DNA of 64,000 nt from assembly GCF_009914755.1 (NCBI RefSeq), contig NC_060937.1. The stretch is one strand, 5' to 3'. Below, piece after piece: positions 13,869-32,713 of the stretch. The notes beneath the pieces were generated by a model. It saw only the letters and a list, made by a program, of their open reading frames with translations. It was not told where the DNA came from and searched no databases. Numbering within the stretch: the stretch's first letter is position 1; every line of letters starts with the position of its first letter. Source of the stretch: the human T2T-CHM13v2.0 reference genome, Homo sapiens. The position numbers were made by a program, and so were the translations under genes.

Positions 13869-15470
13869 TTCTAGGGTCAGCAGAGCCAGGGCAATAACCT
13901 GGCACCAAGATAAAGAGCAAGAAACTAGATGAATGGATGGAAATGTCTGGATGCTGATCTGAGACATTACCATGGTAAATGCTCAGAAATCACTTTGCAG
14001 TGGGCTAATTGCCAGCAAATAAGTCACAGCAGATGGGGGACAAAGGCCCATAGTACCCTGGGTATAAAAAAATAACCGGAATCCTAGTTTGTGTCCTGAG
14101 GCTAGTGAGGCTCAAAACAGGGAGATTCCGGCAGGATGTAACTTCTCTGGACACAGTGACTTGCATCCATTAGCTGGTCTGTTGCCCCGAACCCTGTTTA
14201 TCTTCTCTCCACACTGACCATTGTTTCATCCTTTGACAATGTTCATACTGTTGAGCACCATTCTTATCGAAAGAAGGGAAGGAAGCAACATGGGAGTTAC
14301 TGGTTCTCCTTGGCCCTATGCAGGTAGTACCGAGTATTCCCCATGGCAGAAGTAGGTCTCCACCTTATTTGTTTTTGCACAACAGAGATGATGCACAGGG
14401 CCTGAGCCCGGGATCAGATCCGGTGCAATTGCCTATTATGTTCATTCATTCACACCTTTTTTGAATACCAACTATTAATACATGTCAGATACCCAGTTCA
14501 GTACTGGGCATATAAACATTAGATCCTCAGGTGCCTCTTAACCCATCCTAGGGACCTGGTCTCCCAGAATCCTAACTTTGGATGAATACAATACCATAAT
14601 TGATTAAACTTAGAGTGGCAATAGCTATCATTTCCACCAAGGAAAGAAAAGGATCATCCTCTCACCCTCTTCCTCTTGTCACTTTCCCTCCACCCCCAAT
14701 GTATGATTACAACAGGTTATACACTACCGTAAGTCCAGAAGGAGATTATGAGAGTCTCCATAGAGATGATGCATTTTATGGTCTCCATGGAGATACTAAC
14801 CCATTGAGTTATTTACTTTATCCATTGAATTATTTTTCTTCCCTGGTCCTCTTTGTCTTTTGTGTTCACTTAAGGACATCAGTCTGGCAATGAATTATGA
14901 TCTGAAATATATTCTGGACCACAAAGAATATTTCCATACCCCTATATGGAGCCCCTCCAAATATAAAGCCCCTATGTATTTGCTGCCCCTAAGCTAGTTT
15001 GTACGCACTCTCAGCAGAGCTCAGAGAGGAACAGAAAACAAGAATTCCACAATCAATCCCTTCACTTTTCTTTCTAAGTTGAAAAGATAAACACCCCCAA
15101 ATGCTGCTTTATAAAGAACAGCTAGACAAGTAGAGCATTAGCAATTTAAATTCAGAGATTAAAGAAAGGGACTTACATGGTGAACTTTAAAGGGAGAAAT
15201 AGGAGTAGCTTGGATAAGTAACTAACAGAAGGCTTAGACAAATTTCTACACATGTTCAGTAGGTGAAGACAAATTATCAAGATCAGTTTAAAGAAGAATG
15301 TCTAGTCATTGTTGGATGACACAATAGCAAGAAAAGGTATGCCAAAGCCCCAGAAAAATATCCCAGCTACATTGAGGAATGGTACCAATAAGGTTTCATT
15401 CTGTGCGTGGAGAGCTCAGAGGGCAGGCTCTTGCAGGGATATCACCCTAAGTAGGTTTTCAGTTGCACCC

Positions 15471-15692
15471 TGCCTTAGTTTGCTAGGGCTGCCGTAACAA
15501 AGAACCACCAACTGGATGGCCAAAACGACAGAAATTTATTTCCTCACCATTCTGGAGGCTGGAAGTCCAAGATGAAGGTGTCAGCAAGATTGGTTTCTTC
15601 CGAGGCCTCTCTCGGGCTTGTAGCGGCCAGCTTCTCCCTCTGTGTTCTCGTGGTCTTCACTGTGTGTTCCTGTGTCCTAATTTCCTGTTTTT

Positions 15693-15732
<40 letters not shown>

Positions 15733-16185
15733 TTTTGAGATGGAGTCTCGCTCTGTTGCCCAGGTTGGAGTGCAGTGGTGAGATCTCGGCTCCCTGCAAC
15801 CGCTGTCTCCCAGGTTCAAGCATTTTTCTTGCCTCAGCCTCCCTGGTAGCTGGGACTACAGGCGAGCGCCACCACACCCGGCTAATTTTTGTATTTTTAG
15901 TAGAGACGGGGTTTCACCATGTTGGCCAGGCTGGTCTCGAACTCCTGGCCTCAAGTGATCTGCCCACTTTGGCCTCCCAGAGTGTGTGAGGCACCACGCC
16001 TGGCCCTAATTCTTTGTTTTTAGAAAGATACCGGAGTCGTACTGGATTAAGGCTCATCCCAATTACTTCATTTTTGCTTAGTTACCTTATTAAAGTTCCT
16101 ATCTCCAAATACAGCCACATTCTAAGGTACTAGGAATTAGGACTTCAGCATAGGAATTTTGGAGGGACACAAGTCAGCCCGTAAC
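15471..16185. mobile_element. MLT1A-like MaLR solo LTR split by an Alu
   Basis: TTAGTTTGCTAGGGCTGCCGTAACAAA..TTCTGGAGGCTGGAAGTCCAAGAT; ends GTCAGCCCGTAACA. Confidence 0.8.
15690..16005 (-). mobile_element. Alu with (TTTA)n tail
   Basis: Consensus; inside the MLT1A-like LTR. Confidence 0.93.
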
Positions 16186-18506
16186 ACACCTCCTTTTCTG
16201 CAAATGTGTGTCTGGTCAGCCCCCCTTTAGCTGGGTCTTCCAGGCTCAGCTTCAGGAATGAGAGCTTCCTTCTCCCTTGCCAAGGCCTGTGGACCTTTCT
16301 GCGCACTTCACATTGCACACTTCTGCTAATAAGCATTGCTTCATATTTCCTTGGGTGTAGGCCTTAAACTTTATCTTGCATAGAAACCAGAACACTAGTC
16401 TCCAATCACTGTACAACTGAGAGCAGAAACAGAGAATGCATAGGTGTTTGCTTGATAAAATATTCCTGATTAAAAGAAATCATCTGGAACACGTGACAAA
16501 AATCTGCCAGAAAAGGGTTCAGAATATTTTGCAGGCCTATCCATACTCAGTTCAGGCAAAAGGTTTAAACAAGATCCGTCTTTCTCCCCCACTGCCTCCT
16601 CCCCTGTGTTGGGAGGTGCAATTTACCAGGGGAGTTGGGGGTTGAGCCTCCAAGGGGGCTCTTTGTTGCACATGCTCTCTGCTGCAGTTCTGGGGGCTCA
16701 CACCAGGGAACATCAGGCTGTTTAGAAGGACTCACTTGAACGAGCTCACTAGAAAAATTCTCATGTGCAATTTTGCTTGGCAAAGAACCAATGAACAGGG
16801 CTTGTCACCCTCTAAACAGTGGCCACTTGACCCTGCCAATCTGCTCATAAAGACTTCAGTATGCAAAGATTCATCAAGAGCTGTGTGTGTAGATTTCCCT
16901 TCCTCTTGAAGCTGGATTTGCTTTCAGACATACCCAGAAAGGGCATACATGAAATCATCCCCAGAAGGATGATGTCATCCAGCCTACAGTCACACAACTG
17001 CAGCACTAGTTTTTAAAAGCTCTTGGCCCTGTTTTCTGACAAGGAAGACAAATTGTAAGAAATCATTTTAATTTTCACTTCAACCAGATCCAGGGGATTA
17101 TGTGCTTGAAGATCATTGTACAAGCACACAAAGGTAAAATGTGCCTATGAGTTGCAGATACTCATTCCACAATGCACAAAACTTAAGTCAGCTTAAAATC
17201 ATCACAAAAATGTTGACCTATACACTACCCTATCATCAAAGCTTCACCTGCAAAAAGGGCAAGCATGTTGTCTTTTACCTTAATTTTCCTGCCATTTTTT
17301 AAATTTGGTTTCCCAAAGAAGCTACGTTGGAGATACTGTTAGTCAGAAGTCTTTGAATAACAAATGACAAATACTTAGCTCAGACCTCCATAAGCAAAAA
17401 AGGGACATTTTAGTTCAGCAACAAAAATCAACACTTGGCTAAATCAGGCTTGGATCAATCCAAGAAGATGAGTTCAATGATAAAATCAACTCTGTCTTCC
17501 TCTGCCTCTCACCTCTTCTCAGCCTCTCCTAGATGAGAACCTCTCATCTAGGTTCTCTAGGTATGGTGTCAAGAGCTGCCCCATGTGGTCCTTGTAATCC
17601 CAGAGAGAAGAGAGTGACCTTTTCTTACCCAGTGCCCATATGCCAAATGTAGTGGAGGAATTCACATCTGTGCATGTCCATTCTTGGGACCAAAGGGCAA
17701 GAAGGCACAGTAATGGGAGAGTCCAACCTGAACGGCATAATGGAACAATGGAATGTGGAAGGGGCAGTTCCCCCACGCAAAGAAGATTCCTGGCCTAATA
17801 CATTCCACTTCTTGGCTGCCCAGACATGCATGCACACATACGCACGCACACACACGTTCTCTTTTTCCATATGTAGAACTTCTTGTGTGTACTCCCCTCC
17901 CCAAATAATACAGCCAGTCCATGAGTAACCATTTATACACTCACCTCTTCCCCACAGCGAGTCAACCCTACTGCCTTCTACTGAGGCCATTTGTTTCCTG
18001 GTCCAGGGGCTCTGGACAATCTGGTTTTCTCTTTTTCAAGCTGAGATATGGCTCTTCACAGGCCAGCAATCTCTAATTGGTAAATGTGATCACCCTTCAT
18101 GTGTTTAATATATTATGGAGGAGGATATGTTTGAAAACTACCTTAAAAACTCTCATTTGAAAGGAAAAGAAAAGGAAGGGAGCAGGCATCCATCAGTCCG
18201 TAATGTACATGAAACCTTTCTGGAAGATAAGGTCGGGGGGCCTGGGTCAGCCCTTGGGCTGCACTTGGCTCTGCTCTTTGGGAGATGCTCCCTTTTATGT
18301 GGTCCTCCATGGCCACCTTGGAGAGAATTCTGGGACAGACTGACCAGCCCACCTCCTGTTGGTGAAGATGTGGGGTTCTGGGGAATATCCTGGAACAGAG
18401 TTCCCAATGTTCTCCTTCATAGCACCCTTAGTGCCTCAGTGACTTTTTTTATAGTATCTCTGGGCCAAAGGAAATACCTAACAGGCCAATTAGTTAAGAA
18501 AATAGA

Positions 18507-18807
18507 GGCTGGGTGCAGTGACTCATGCCTGTAATCCCAGCACTTTGGGAGGCCGAGGCAGGTGGATCACGTGGATTACGTGAGGTCAGGAGTTCAAGAC
18601 CAGCCTGGCCAACATGGCAAAACCTCATCTCTACTAATAATACAAAAATTAGCTGGGCATGGTGGCAGGTGCCTGTAATCTCATCTACTTGGGAGACTGA
18701 AGCACGAGAATAGCTTGAACCCAGGAAGCGGAGGTTGTAGTGAGCCAAGATAGTGCCACTGCACTCCAGCCTGGATGACAGAATGAAACTGTGTCTCAAA
18801 AAAAAAA
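18507..18807 (+). mobile_element. Alu
   Basis: Consensus; TSD TTAAGAAAATAG. Confidence 0.95.
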
Positions 18808-19659
18808 TTTAAGAAAATAGGTACAAACAAATTAATATGGACTCCTGTCTTAGTAACTTAGCCATTTGAAGAAATAGTACTGTACATTTAAAAATAATAG
18901 TTTCATTGTATTCTTAAGTAATCCCAATTACTGATGGGACATGTGTTCCTGTTGGACACTGCACAACTTCCCAATCTTTGAATCACAGTGGACATTGCCA
19001 CCTTCGTTTTTTGTTCCACATTGATTTTTTGTGTGTTTTTAAATCACAATAACTTCCAAAAATATAAGCAACCACTTTGCAAATAATATGACACCACTGA
19101 AAAGAATATAGCATGATCTAATGTTAACCTGAGCTACCCGTCAGTGTGGCATCTGACAGATGTTGAATCTCACTATATTTCCTAAAAAAAAAAAAAGTAA
19201 AATATTGCATATGGGCACCTCTGAATTTTCTGCAGTACCCAAGAGCACCTTGGGACAGAGTTTGAGAGCCATGGGCTTAGGGAATTAAACAGTCATCAAG
19301 TTTGGGACTGTCCTGGTGATATAACTCCCTTGAAAACTGAGAAGAAACCGCAGCCAGAAGCTTATTGAGTCCAGGCTTTTGAATCTAAACCTCATCACTG
19401 GAAGCTCAGCCCTCTGCCCCTTAGGGCCCAAGGTCTTATTCTTTCAGGGTAGTTCTCTGCCTCTGAGTGAGTTGATTGAGGTGATAGGCAGGGTTAATCT
19501 GCCCCTGTTTCCCTGGATATACCCCAGGCCTGGCAATGGGGGAAATTATTACTCAGCCAGTAATTAGTACTCAGCAAGAGGAGGGAGGAGCCTGGTGCTA
19601 GATCCAAGGATCTTGGAGGATCAGGGTCACTTGATTCTCTGACTTCTCCAGAGTCCCAG

Positions 19660-19810
19660 GCAGGACCAGCTACATTTGCAAAATAAAAATGTGTGCCCTT
19701 GTTCAAAGCATATTAATAGTTTAAAGACTATGAGAATAGAGCAGTAAACCAAGCATAGGGCCCTTCTAAGTGTGGGGTGATGTGTGACCATGCAGGTCAC
19801 ACACCCAGCC
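19660..19810. mobile_element. MER45A-like hAT-Tip100 fragment
   Basis: TGCAAAATAAAAATGTGTGCCCTTGTTCAAA..AAACCAAGCATAGGGCCCTTCTAAG matches recalled consensus. Confidence 0.6.
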
Positions 19811-20378
19811 TGTAAGCCTGCTCTCAGGCTTACTTCCCAGGTGTTTACCCGCCTCTCTGACTAACTCTCACTTACTCCAACTTGGGAGCGTTCATACAGC
19901 TTTTGCATTCTGCAGGAAACATGCCTCTTCCAATTTGGGATTGTTGGTGCAGGCTGGAAAGTCCTCCTTCTGCAAGATTCCGTGGCTTTTATCCAAGACT
20001 GCATGGCCTCCTGATGTGCCAATTCGGCTGAAGCCTGTCTATTTCTTCTTGCAACTTACTGAAAGCCACAAAAGTAATCAGCACACTCAGCCTGGTTTTT
20101 TTAGACTAAGAACTTCCTAAACACTGGGCTGTGTGGCACACCATTACGGTGGCCGTCCGTGCCCCGAGTCCCAGACAGCTGGGCAGTGCCTGGTATTGAA
20201 AGCCTCCAGGCCAATTGCCTCTGGCAGGGAGCACCCTCATCTATTTAGATCAGTGGTGCCTGACACAGACTGTGTTTCTTGATGTCGATGAGGAAGCACC
20301 ATTGTAAAACTTCATTCTCTGCACTTCCCAGATCCAAAGTCTATAAGTGATTTGAGTCCAAAGGCACAAGAGATACCT

Positions 20379-20560
20379 GACTCTGATTGGCCTGGGGTGG
20401 TGGGAGGGGATAAAATCATCCCTCCTGCATCTAGGGACAGAGGATGATTTATTCAGGAAGGAGGGGATGGTATACCCTAAAAAAAGTGACACTGAACAGA
20501 TAACAGTCCCGTATCCACTGGAATGGGGGAGTTGGAGGTTTGGTCTATGAAGCCAGCTTC
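20379..20560 (+). repeat. Copy 1 of an old ~180-bp direct duplication (partner 21250-21440)
   Basis: Shared blocks TGGCCTGGGGTGGTGGGAGGGGA, ATGATTTATTCAGGAAGGAGGGG, GTATCCACTGGA. Confidence 0.85.
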
Positions 20561-20699
20561 AAATCGAGGTTCACTGGCACCAAGGCTCATCAACTTCCCA
20601 AACTCTGAGATTTCTGCTGTCTTCCACTCAGCCTCATGCATACCATTTACCTAATCAATTTTCTTCTGGCACCTTTCACTCCTGGTCCCGGTTTCTATG

Positions 20700-21440
<741 letters not shown>

Positions 21441-21511
21441 CTGGCAGTGAGGAAATCTTTATGAAGTTCAAGATCTTCTTATAGAGTTAGAAGGATAGCC
21501 AGCCTTTAGAT

Positions 21512-21734
21512 CAGGGGCTGGCAAACTTTTTCCATAAAGGCCAGAAAGTAAATATTTTAGGCTTCATGAACCTTGTGGTCTCTGCCCCAGTTACCCAACT
21601 CCACAGTGATATCACTAAGCAGCCATAGACAATACCTATAGAGTGAACATGACTGTATTGTGATGAAACTTTATTTACACAAACAGGTGGCAGGACAGAT
21701 TTGTACCTGGGAGCCATAGTTTGTTGACCTCTGA
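21512..21734. mobile_element. MER58A-like hAT-Charlie MITE
   Basis: TIRs CAGGGGCTGGCAAACT / AGTTTGTTGACCTCTG with AAAGGCCAGAAAGTAAATATTTTAGGCTT. Confidence 0.85.
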
Positions 21735-22182
21735 CCTGAGTGAGTGATTTTGGTAAACTGGGTGAGTGGTAAGAACCATAGAATAGGGTTCAAACAGGAC
21801 AAGTTTAAGAGAGTAACATAAAGGAATAAAAAGAAACTACAGCCATCTTATGTGAATATGTAGCGTCGACAGAAAGAGATAAAGGAGCCATCCTGGACTG
21901 TGAGCTGTAATACATAATTGTAGTTCAAGATAAAGGCAAGGTCCAAAATACATCTATAACTGGTAAGAGCTCAAGGAGGTGAACCTGTCTACAGAGGATT
22001 CAGGCCTTCCAGGAACATCACCATGGACCTTCATGAAAAGGGGGTCATGGAAGACCATCTGTGAGGAATCATGAGCTCTGGAAAGTCAGGGTGCAAGTTT
22101 ATTTTTTTTCTTTGTGACCCCAACAGTGTTCCCACCATAAGAATATAAAAGAATCGTGTAGAAAATACTTGTTCATAAGTCA

Positions 22183-23237
<1,055 letters not shown>

Positions 23238-24123
23238 TTGGCACTTATGTACCACTGGTAGAAATATAAATTAGTATGATTTTCCTAGAGGGACCTTTAG
23301 TGAAACAAGAAAACCTTTCAAATATTCATACTTTTTAAATAAATTTTTACTTTGAGATATGATACATAGGATATAATTACAACTACTTACAAATGTATAT
23401 ATGAAGATGAGATCATATTGCTGTTTATAAGAGAGAAAAAATTGAAAAATGCTTGAAATACACAATTATAACCATTTGGCTAAAAATTATGCTACAATCA
23501 TAGAATGGTAGAAATTCTATCTAGCATTAAATTATTGCACAAATTAATATTGACATACTTATGAAAGATGTGGATGGTTCATATATGGATAAGTGAGAAA
23601 AGCAAGTTATTAGAAAGTATTTATATTATGATAACATTTTTCACTCATGTATATGTAGAATTCTGCTTCTGGATATGGCTGACTAGTTTATTTCAGAGCA
23701 ATCCTGCCATTAAGAATGACTAGAAAAGCTAGACAGAATAGTTAACAAGGGAAAATCCAAAACCCATGTGCTTGGAATTATCAGAGAACTAGCAAGGCAA
23801 TTTGTAGAGCCAAGATCCAGAAGAGATGGAAGCTAAGAGAGGCAAGCCTGGCACCAGGCACTGCATCTCTCCTTGAGGCAGTTGCTAATTTGGAAGACAA
23901 CTGAGTGGCAAAAGGGAAAACAGAGGTTTAGCACTTTGACAGGGCCAGGTGGGCACAGTTTGGGTTTCAGTGCCCTTTATGGAAGAGAAGTTCTGGCAAA
24001 CAATCCAGGCTTTTGATTGGGACCACAAAGCACTCCATTCTTAGAGTAAGGGTGAATGGAAAATAGACTAACTCTCACAAGGAATGAAGTCCAGCTTCAA
24101 ATCAGCTCAAAAAATTAGATTAA

Positions 24124-24460
<337 letters not shown>

Positions 24461-24817
24461 TCCCCTAGCCCACTTTATGCCGGAAGTAAACATGAATCCT
24501 CTCTGGAGGAAGATACTATCATCTAAAGCCTCAAACCATCTCTGCATTTTTTCATACACTATGTGTGGTACTCAATAAAAAATACTCCAGGCAAAGTAGA
24601 AAAGTAGAATAGAACTTACAAAATAAAATCAGGTATACAAAAAGATAACACTTGACAAAAGCCGGGAGAAGAAGCATACAATGTGAACTCACGCATAGGA
24701 GACATGGAAGTGCTGAGCATGAAATTAGAATCAACATGACTAACACATTCAAGAGATTAAATGACAAGATGGAGAATTTTGAGACAATTGGAAACTATAA
24801 AAAAGAGTTAAAATTCT

Positions 24818-24942
24818 GGCCAGGTGTGGTGGCTCATGCCACCAACCTTGCAGTGAGCCAAGATCACGCCACTGAACTCCAGCCTGGGTGACAAAGCAAG
24901 ACTCCGTCTCAAAAAAAAAAAAGAAAGAAAGAAAGAAAGAAA
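24818..24942 (+). mobile_element. Internally deleted Alu
   Basis: First ~23 nt joined via ACCAACC to TTGCAGTGAGCC..A tail. Confidence 0.85.
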
Positions 24943-24975
24943 ATCTACAAATGAAAATACAATAGTTCAATGTTA

Positions 24976-25008
<33 letters not shown>

Positions 25009-25039
25009 ACAAAGAATAATGGGTTTAAAAGCTGATTAG

Positions 25040-25343
<304 letters not shown>

Positions 25344-25747
25344 CTAATTAGATACAACTGAAGAGAGATTTAATAAATGGAAAACAGTGTGTGTGTTTGT
25401 GTGTATGTGTGTGTATGCAGTGATGCACTGATGCTCAATATATAATGTTGAATAAAAGAAGGCAGGTATAAAAGAATACTATAAATACCAAGGAGTACTG
25501 CATGGTTCTACTTACATAAAATTCAAAATCAGACAAAACTAATCTATAGTGTCAGACATCCACAGAGTAGTTACATTTAGGAAAGATAAAGAGAACAAGG
25601 TGTGGGAATTAAGGAGGGGTGGGGGGTCTATGTCTTGACCTAAGGTATGGTTGGTTACACTATTGAATCCACTTTGAGTTATTTATCAAGCTGTTCATGA
25701 TTTGTGTATTTCTCTCTGTGTGTTACATGTCAATAAAATACTTACTA

Positions 25748-26037
<290 letters not shown>

Positions 26038-26187
26038 TAAAATTAAAAAATGTATATACACACATATAAATCTGAAATGCTATTAATAGAGGTTATCTTT
26101 GAGCAGTATGGATAACTTTTTTGTTTGTTTTTTTCTACAGTAGTCATGGATTCTTTTTGAAAAAGGAAATTGAAAAAAGAAAAAGAT

Positions 26188-26515
26188 GGCCAGGTGCGGT
26201 GGCTTACGCCTATAATCCCAGCACTTTGGGAGGCCAAGGCAGGCAGACCACCTGAGGTCAGGAGTTCGAGACCAGCCTGGAATGCAACATGGTGAAACCC
26301 CGTCTCTACTAAGAATACAAAAATTACCTGGGCAAGGTGGCAGGCACCTGTAATCCCAGCTACTTGGGAGGCTGAGGCAGGGAGAATCCCTGGAACCGGG
26401 GAGGCGGAGGTTGCAGTGAGCCAAGATCACACCACTGCACTTCAGCCTGGGGGACAGAGTGAAACTCCATCTCTGAAAAAAAAAAGAAAAAAGAAAACAA
26501 AAGAAAAAAAAGAAA
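26188..26515 (+). mobile_element. Alu
   Basis: Full dimer consensus. Confidence 0.95.
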
Positions 26516-26949
26516 GTAAATGCTGACCAGTATTTACTTATTAAAATTCTTCTGATGCCAGAGTAAAAGGAAAAGGGATTTAGATTTGGTTTTAAAAAGA
26601 ACCTCCTAGATCTAAATGTAGTTAAACAGATAAAATCATGGATTCTTCTTCCCTGGAGGCCTTTCAAAATAGCATAATTGTTATGTATGGTCTTCACTGA
26701 AGCTGTGGCTGTAAACCAGAGAACTTCTTAAGATTCATTTTGAATCTATGATCCTATAGTTTTTGATATGAGAGAGATATAGTCAAGGACATTCTTTTAT
26801 GGTAGGTTTATCTTAAAGCAGTGAGCTAGGGAGGGGCCAGGAAAAATATGTAATTATATCTTCACAGTCTATAGACATCCCATAATTATAGACAAACTGT
26901 GACAAATTAGCATAAATGCCATTCATGAACAATTATGAACTGAGTGCCG

Positions 26950-27790
26950 GCATGAGTCAGACTGATCAGAAAACTAGGATATGATGGTAAACAAAATGAA
27001 ATCCATGCTCTCATGGAGGATATATTCTACTCTGAAACAAACAAATACACAGCACATCAAATGCGATAAAGTGTGATGAAGAAAACCAAAGCAGAATAAG
27101 GATAAAGAAGGATGGCGGGAGGAGGGTTGTACAGGGTGAGCTGGTTTAGACAGGACAGACAGGGAAGGCCTCTGTGTCTCAGGACGTTTGGGTGGACACC
27201 TGGATTAAGAGAGGAGTGATCCAAGTGGCTTTCTATACTTGAGCAGTCCAGGAAGAGGGAGTGTGCCTGGAACATTTCTGAAGTCACGAGAAGGTGTGTC
27301 TGGGGCGGTGTGAGCAGGCAAGGGAGCATGGTAAGAGATGGGGTCTCCTAGAGCAGATCACGTAGGGACCTGTGATCCACCCTAAGGACTTTGAACTGAT
27401 CTTTGGGAGATGGGAAGCTGTTGGGGAGTTTGGAACAGAGGCAGGAGATGATCTGGCTGAAGTTTTAAATGTATCTGGCTGGCTGCACAGTAGAGAACTG
27501 ATGGTGCCAGGGCTACTGTGGGGTAAGACCAGTGAGAGGCCCTTGCTCTTCTCTAGGTAGGACATGATGGGGGACTGGACCACAAAGGTATTACAGGAAT
27601 AGTGAAATGGAATATAATTCCGGATCTGTTTTGAAGGCAAAGACAATAGGATGTGTTGCTGGAGTAGATGTAGAGTATAAGAGAAAGAGAAGACTTGAGG
27701 ATGATTCTAGGGTTTTGGGGGTGAGAAACTAGTAGATTGGAAATGCAGCGCTCATTGAAATGGGATAGTCTTGAGATGTGCAGTTTGCGG
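26950..27790. mobile_element. L2 LINE fragment
   Basis: Recalled L2 motifs TAAGGACTTTGAACT, GGGAAGCTGTTGGGGAGTTTGGAACAGAGG, GTTTTGAAGGCAAAGAC. Confidence 0.7.
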
Positions 27791-27855
27791 GTATGGGCTG
27801 TATTAGAATCAACTCACTTCTGTTATTACAGAGGAGGAAGCAACTCTAAAGATAG

Positions 27856-28189
<334 letters not shown>

Positions 28190-29357
28190 AGCTCACATTT
28201 TGATAGTGCCTTTGCAAATTAAGCATACCACAGAGAGGCTTATAATCCTATCAGTTTTCTTTGTAAACTTACAAAGCTTTTTTTTTTTATGGCTAAACAG
28301 ATAAAAGATAACATTTGTCATGTTTGCCATGTTTAGCGTACAGTTCAGGGGCACCAGTACACTCACCTTGTTGCGCTACAGCCCCCACCCTCCATCTCCA
28401 GAACTTTTGCATCTTCCCAAACTGAAACTTTGTGCCCATGAAACCCTAACTCCCACCCTCCTCCTGCCAGCCCCATAACCGCCATTCCACTTTCTCTCTA
28501 TGAATCCTACCACTCTGGGTACTCACGTAATCCTATGAATTTTAAAAGGTATTCGTTATTCATGTTGTTCAAATCACTTTTCTTTTGGCAATTGTTGCAT
28601 TTTAACAGGGTTACAGTTAAGGCAAACCATAATCTGCATACCTGGAATCCATTTTAGGTCATACGCCTCCTTACCTCTGACCTTTCCTTTACCTTCCTTT
28701 ACCTTTACCTTCCTGGATGTTTTCACTCCTTCTGGCAAGCTCCCCCTCACCTCTTGCACCTCCAATTAGGTATTCCTCCTTCAGTTTCCATAGCACCTCA
28801 AGGGGCCTGCTATTATATTTCTTACCAAATATTCTTACCAAATATATTATGATCATCTCTTTTTTTTTTCTGGCTCATCAGATAGACAAGTTCAATTATC
28901 TTTGTGTACCCAGTAGCTGACTTAGGACTTGACACTCAAGAAAATGTGAAAGGAAAGACAGTGGGCTGGGAGGAAAGGAAGCCAGGAAAGATCTAGAATA
29001 CATTGTCTCCCCATTACCTGAAGGTTATGGGACTGCAATAGGGCCACCTTGCTTCGGTTTACTCCTGGTCCATTAAGCCAGATGAGATGTAGGTGTATTC
29101 CAGAAAAGTTGTTCAGTGTGATGAAATGGAAAACCATTAAATGATAACTTCTGGAAGCATCCTAATATCTTCCCACTATTGTAATTGTATTAAGTCTGGA
29201 ATTATGGACCATAGCTATCCAGTGAACTTTCTGAAATGATGGAAATGTTCTGTATCTGTGCTGCCAGTAGAGTAGCTGCCAGCCATGAGTGGCTATTTGG
29301 ATAGTTCAGCTATGGACTCTTAATATGGGAAGTCATATTTTCTAATTTCCTCACTTA

Positions 29358-29999
<642 letters not shown>

Positions 30000-30852
30000 G
30001 AAGCAGTGTTATTTGCCCAACTTCCTATGTCCCGATTTGGTCACTACTCATTCCTAATGTGACCTTTATGTTGAAATCCTCTTCTGTAGAAATTTTGCAT
30101 TTTCAGATAGCAGACCAAATGTAATCCTTACAGACTAGTAAGTCATAAGCCACTTAACAAAAGACTGTAAGTGCAACTATATTTAGAAAAATGTGATTTT
30201 CTCAATAAAGAATCTTAAAAGTTATGATGTTTGTAATAAATGATATACTATGTCTCATCTGATGATGATTTTTCTTAGGTGGAATTGTTTGTTGAGTCTC
30301 AGAACTAGCTGCACATAACCTTACTCTAGTGGTAAAGTGAACATCTGAACAAAGAACCCAATTTCTGAGACTTTACTTTCTCCTCTAGAGAATAATGAAG
30401 TGGGGACACATAAAATAACCGAAAAATGACTATGTGGAGTAAATGTCACTTCTGGGGTCAAAAGCACTTTCACATCTGTATAGCTTATGCGTTGGGGCAA
30501 AGAGGCTGGAGTTGTATGCTTAGGTGACAGTGGTCAGGCAGGAATGGTGGAGGGCTGAGGGGATGATAGGACATTCTCCTATAATAATCAACACAACTCT
30601 TGTGAACCTGCTGTGTACCAGGTCCCATAGCCTAGAGAACCTTCTTTTCAATAGCTTAGACTAAGCTCTATTTCTCTTTGTACTTTTCTTGCATGTTCAC
30701 CCAACAAATCTCCAACACTAGATGGACCAAACGTTCACCTGTTGCATCCTGCCCTTGGGCAGCCGAGTAGCTAGCGTAAATCTCTCTGTACAGCCTGCTG
30801 GCTATAGGCTTCAGGTCACTAGTCTGTCTGTCTGTCTGTCTCCCTATCTCTC

Positions 30853-30973
30853 TTTAGAGATGGGGTCTTGCTATGTTGCCCAGGCTGGTCTCAAACACTT
30901 GGCCTCAAGCTATCCACCCCCCTTGGCCTTCCACAGTCCTGGGATTATAGGCATGAGCAGCCACACCCGGCCA
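30853..30973 (-). mobile_element. Alu left monomer (FLAM-like)
   Basis: Single left-arm match. Confidence 0.8.
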
Positions 30974-31391
30974 GGGTCACCAGTCTCAAATGGGCCCTAA
31001 CTCTGCCTGCAGACACCTCTGCTGCTCTAGGTGGTCATTCTTCCTGTGCCCTTTACCACCCAGCACTCCCACTTCCATCCATCTCTCTTAGCCATGACCT
31101 TCACTCCTGCTTTCCCAAGAACAGAATCCATCAGAAGAGAGATGGTTCTGAATCTCACCACCACGTCTGTAAACCTATTGACATTGGTCCAAATCCTCTC
31201 TTGTTGTTATAAAGGGGATGTGCCCTTTCTCACATCTGAGTCCACTTCCTCCACCGCCCCCTTCTCAGTGACCTCATGCTATCTCTGGTTCCCTATCACT
31301 TCTGTATCTTAAGTTTCTCATTTTGACTCAGTCTTTCCAATCAGCATTTAAACATGCTCATGCCTCTTCCATTTTAAAAGAAACAAAAACA

Positions 31392-31690
31392 GGCCAGGTG
31401 TGGTGGCTCAGCCTGTAATCCCAACACTTTGGGAGGATGAGGTGGGTGGATCACAAGGTCAGGAGTTCAAGATCAGCCCGGCCAAGATGGCGAAATCCCA
31501 TCTCTACTAAAAATACAAAAATTAGCTGGGCCTGGTGGCGGGCGCCTGTAATCCCAGCTACTCGGGAGGCTGAGGAAGAGAATTGCTTGAACCCAGGAGG
31601 TGGAGGTTGCAGTGAGCTGAGATCGCGCCACTGCACTCCAGCCTGGGCGACAGAGCGAGACTCCATCTCAAAAAAGAGAAAAAAGAAAAA
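31392..31690 (+). mobile_element. Alu
   Basis: Full dimer consensus. Confidence 0.95.
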
Positions 31691-32014
31691 CAACCTTCCT
31701 TCCACCTCACATACCTCTCCAGCTACCATTGCAGTACCTCTTTCCCTCCACGGACAAACTTCTTGGAAGTGTGTTCCATTCCTTTACCTTATCCTCCCTT
31801 CTCAGACCCCTCCAACCTGGTGCACACCCCCACCAGTCCTCAGAAACCATGTAGCCATATTCAATTCACCATAACCTAGGCAGATATAGTTCATGGGCAA
31901 TTTGCAGCCCTCTGTCTTTTCACCATGGCACCTGACATAGTTGGCTATGCTGGCTTCTGGAAGCAATCTCTTCCATTGACATTTGTATTATAATGTTCTT
32001 CTGGTTGCCTCTGA

Positions 32015-32713
<699 letters not shown>

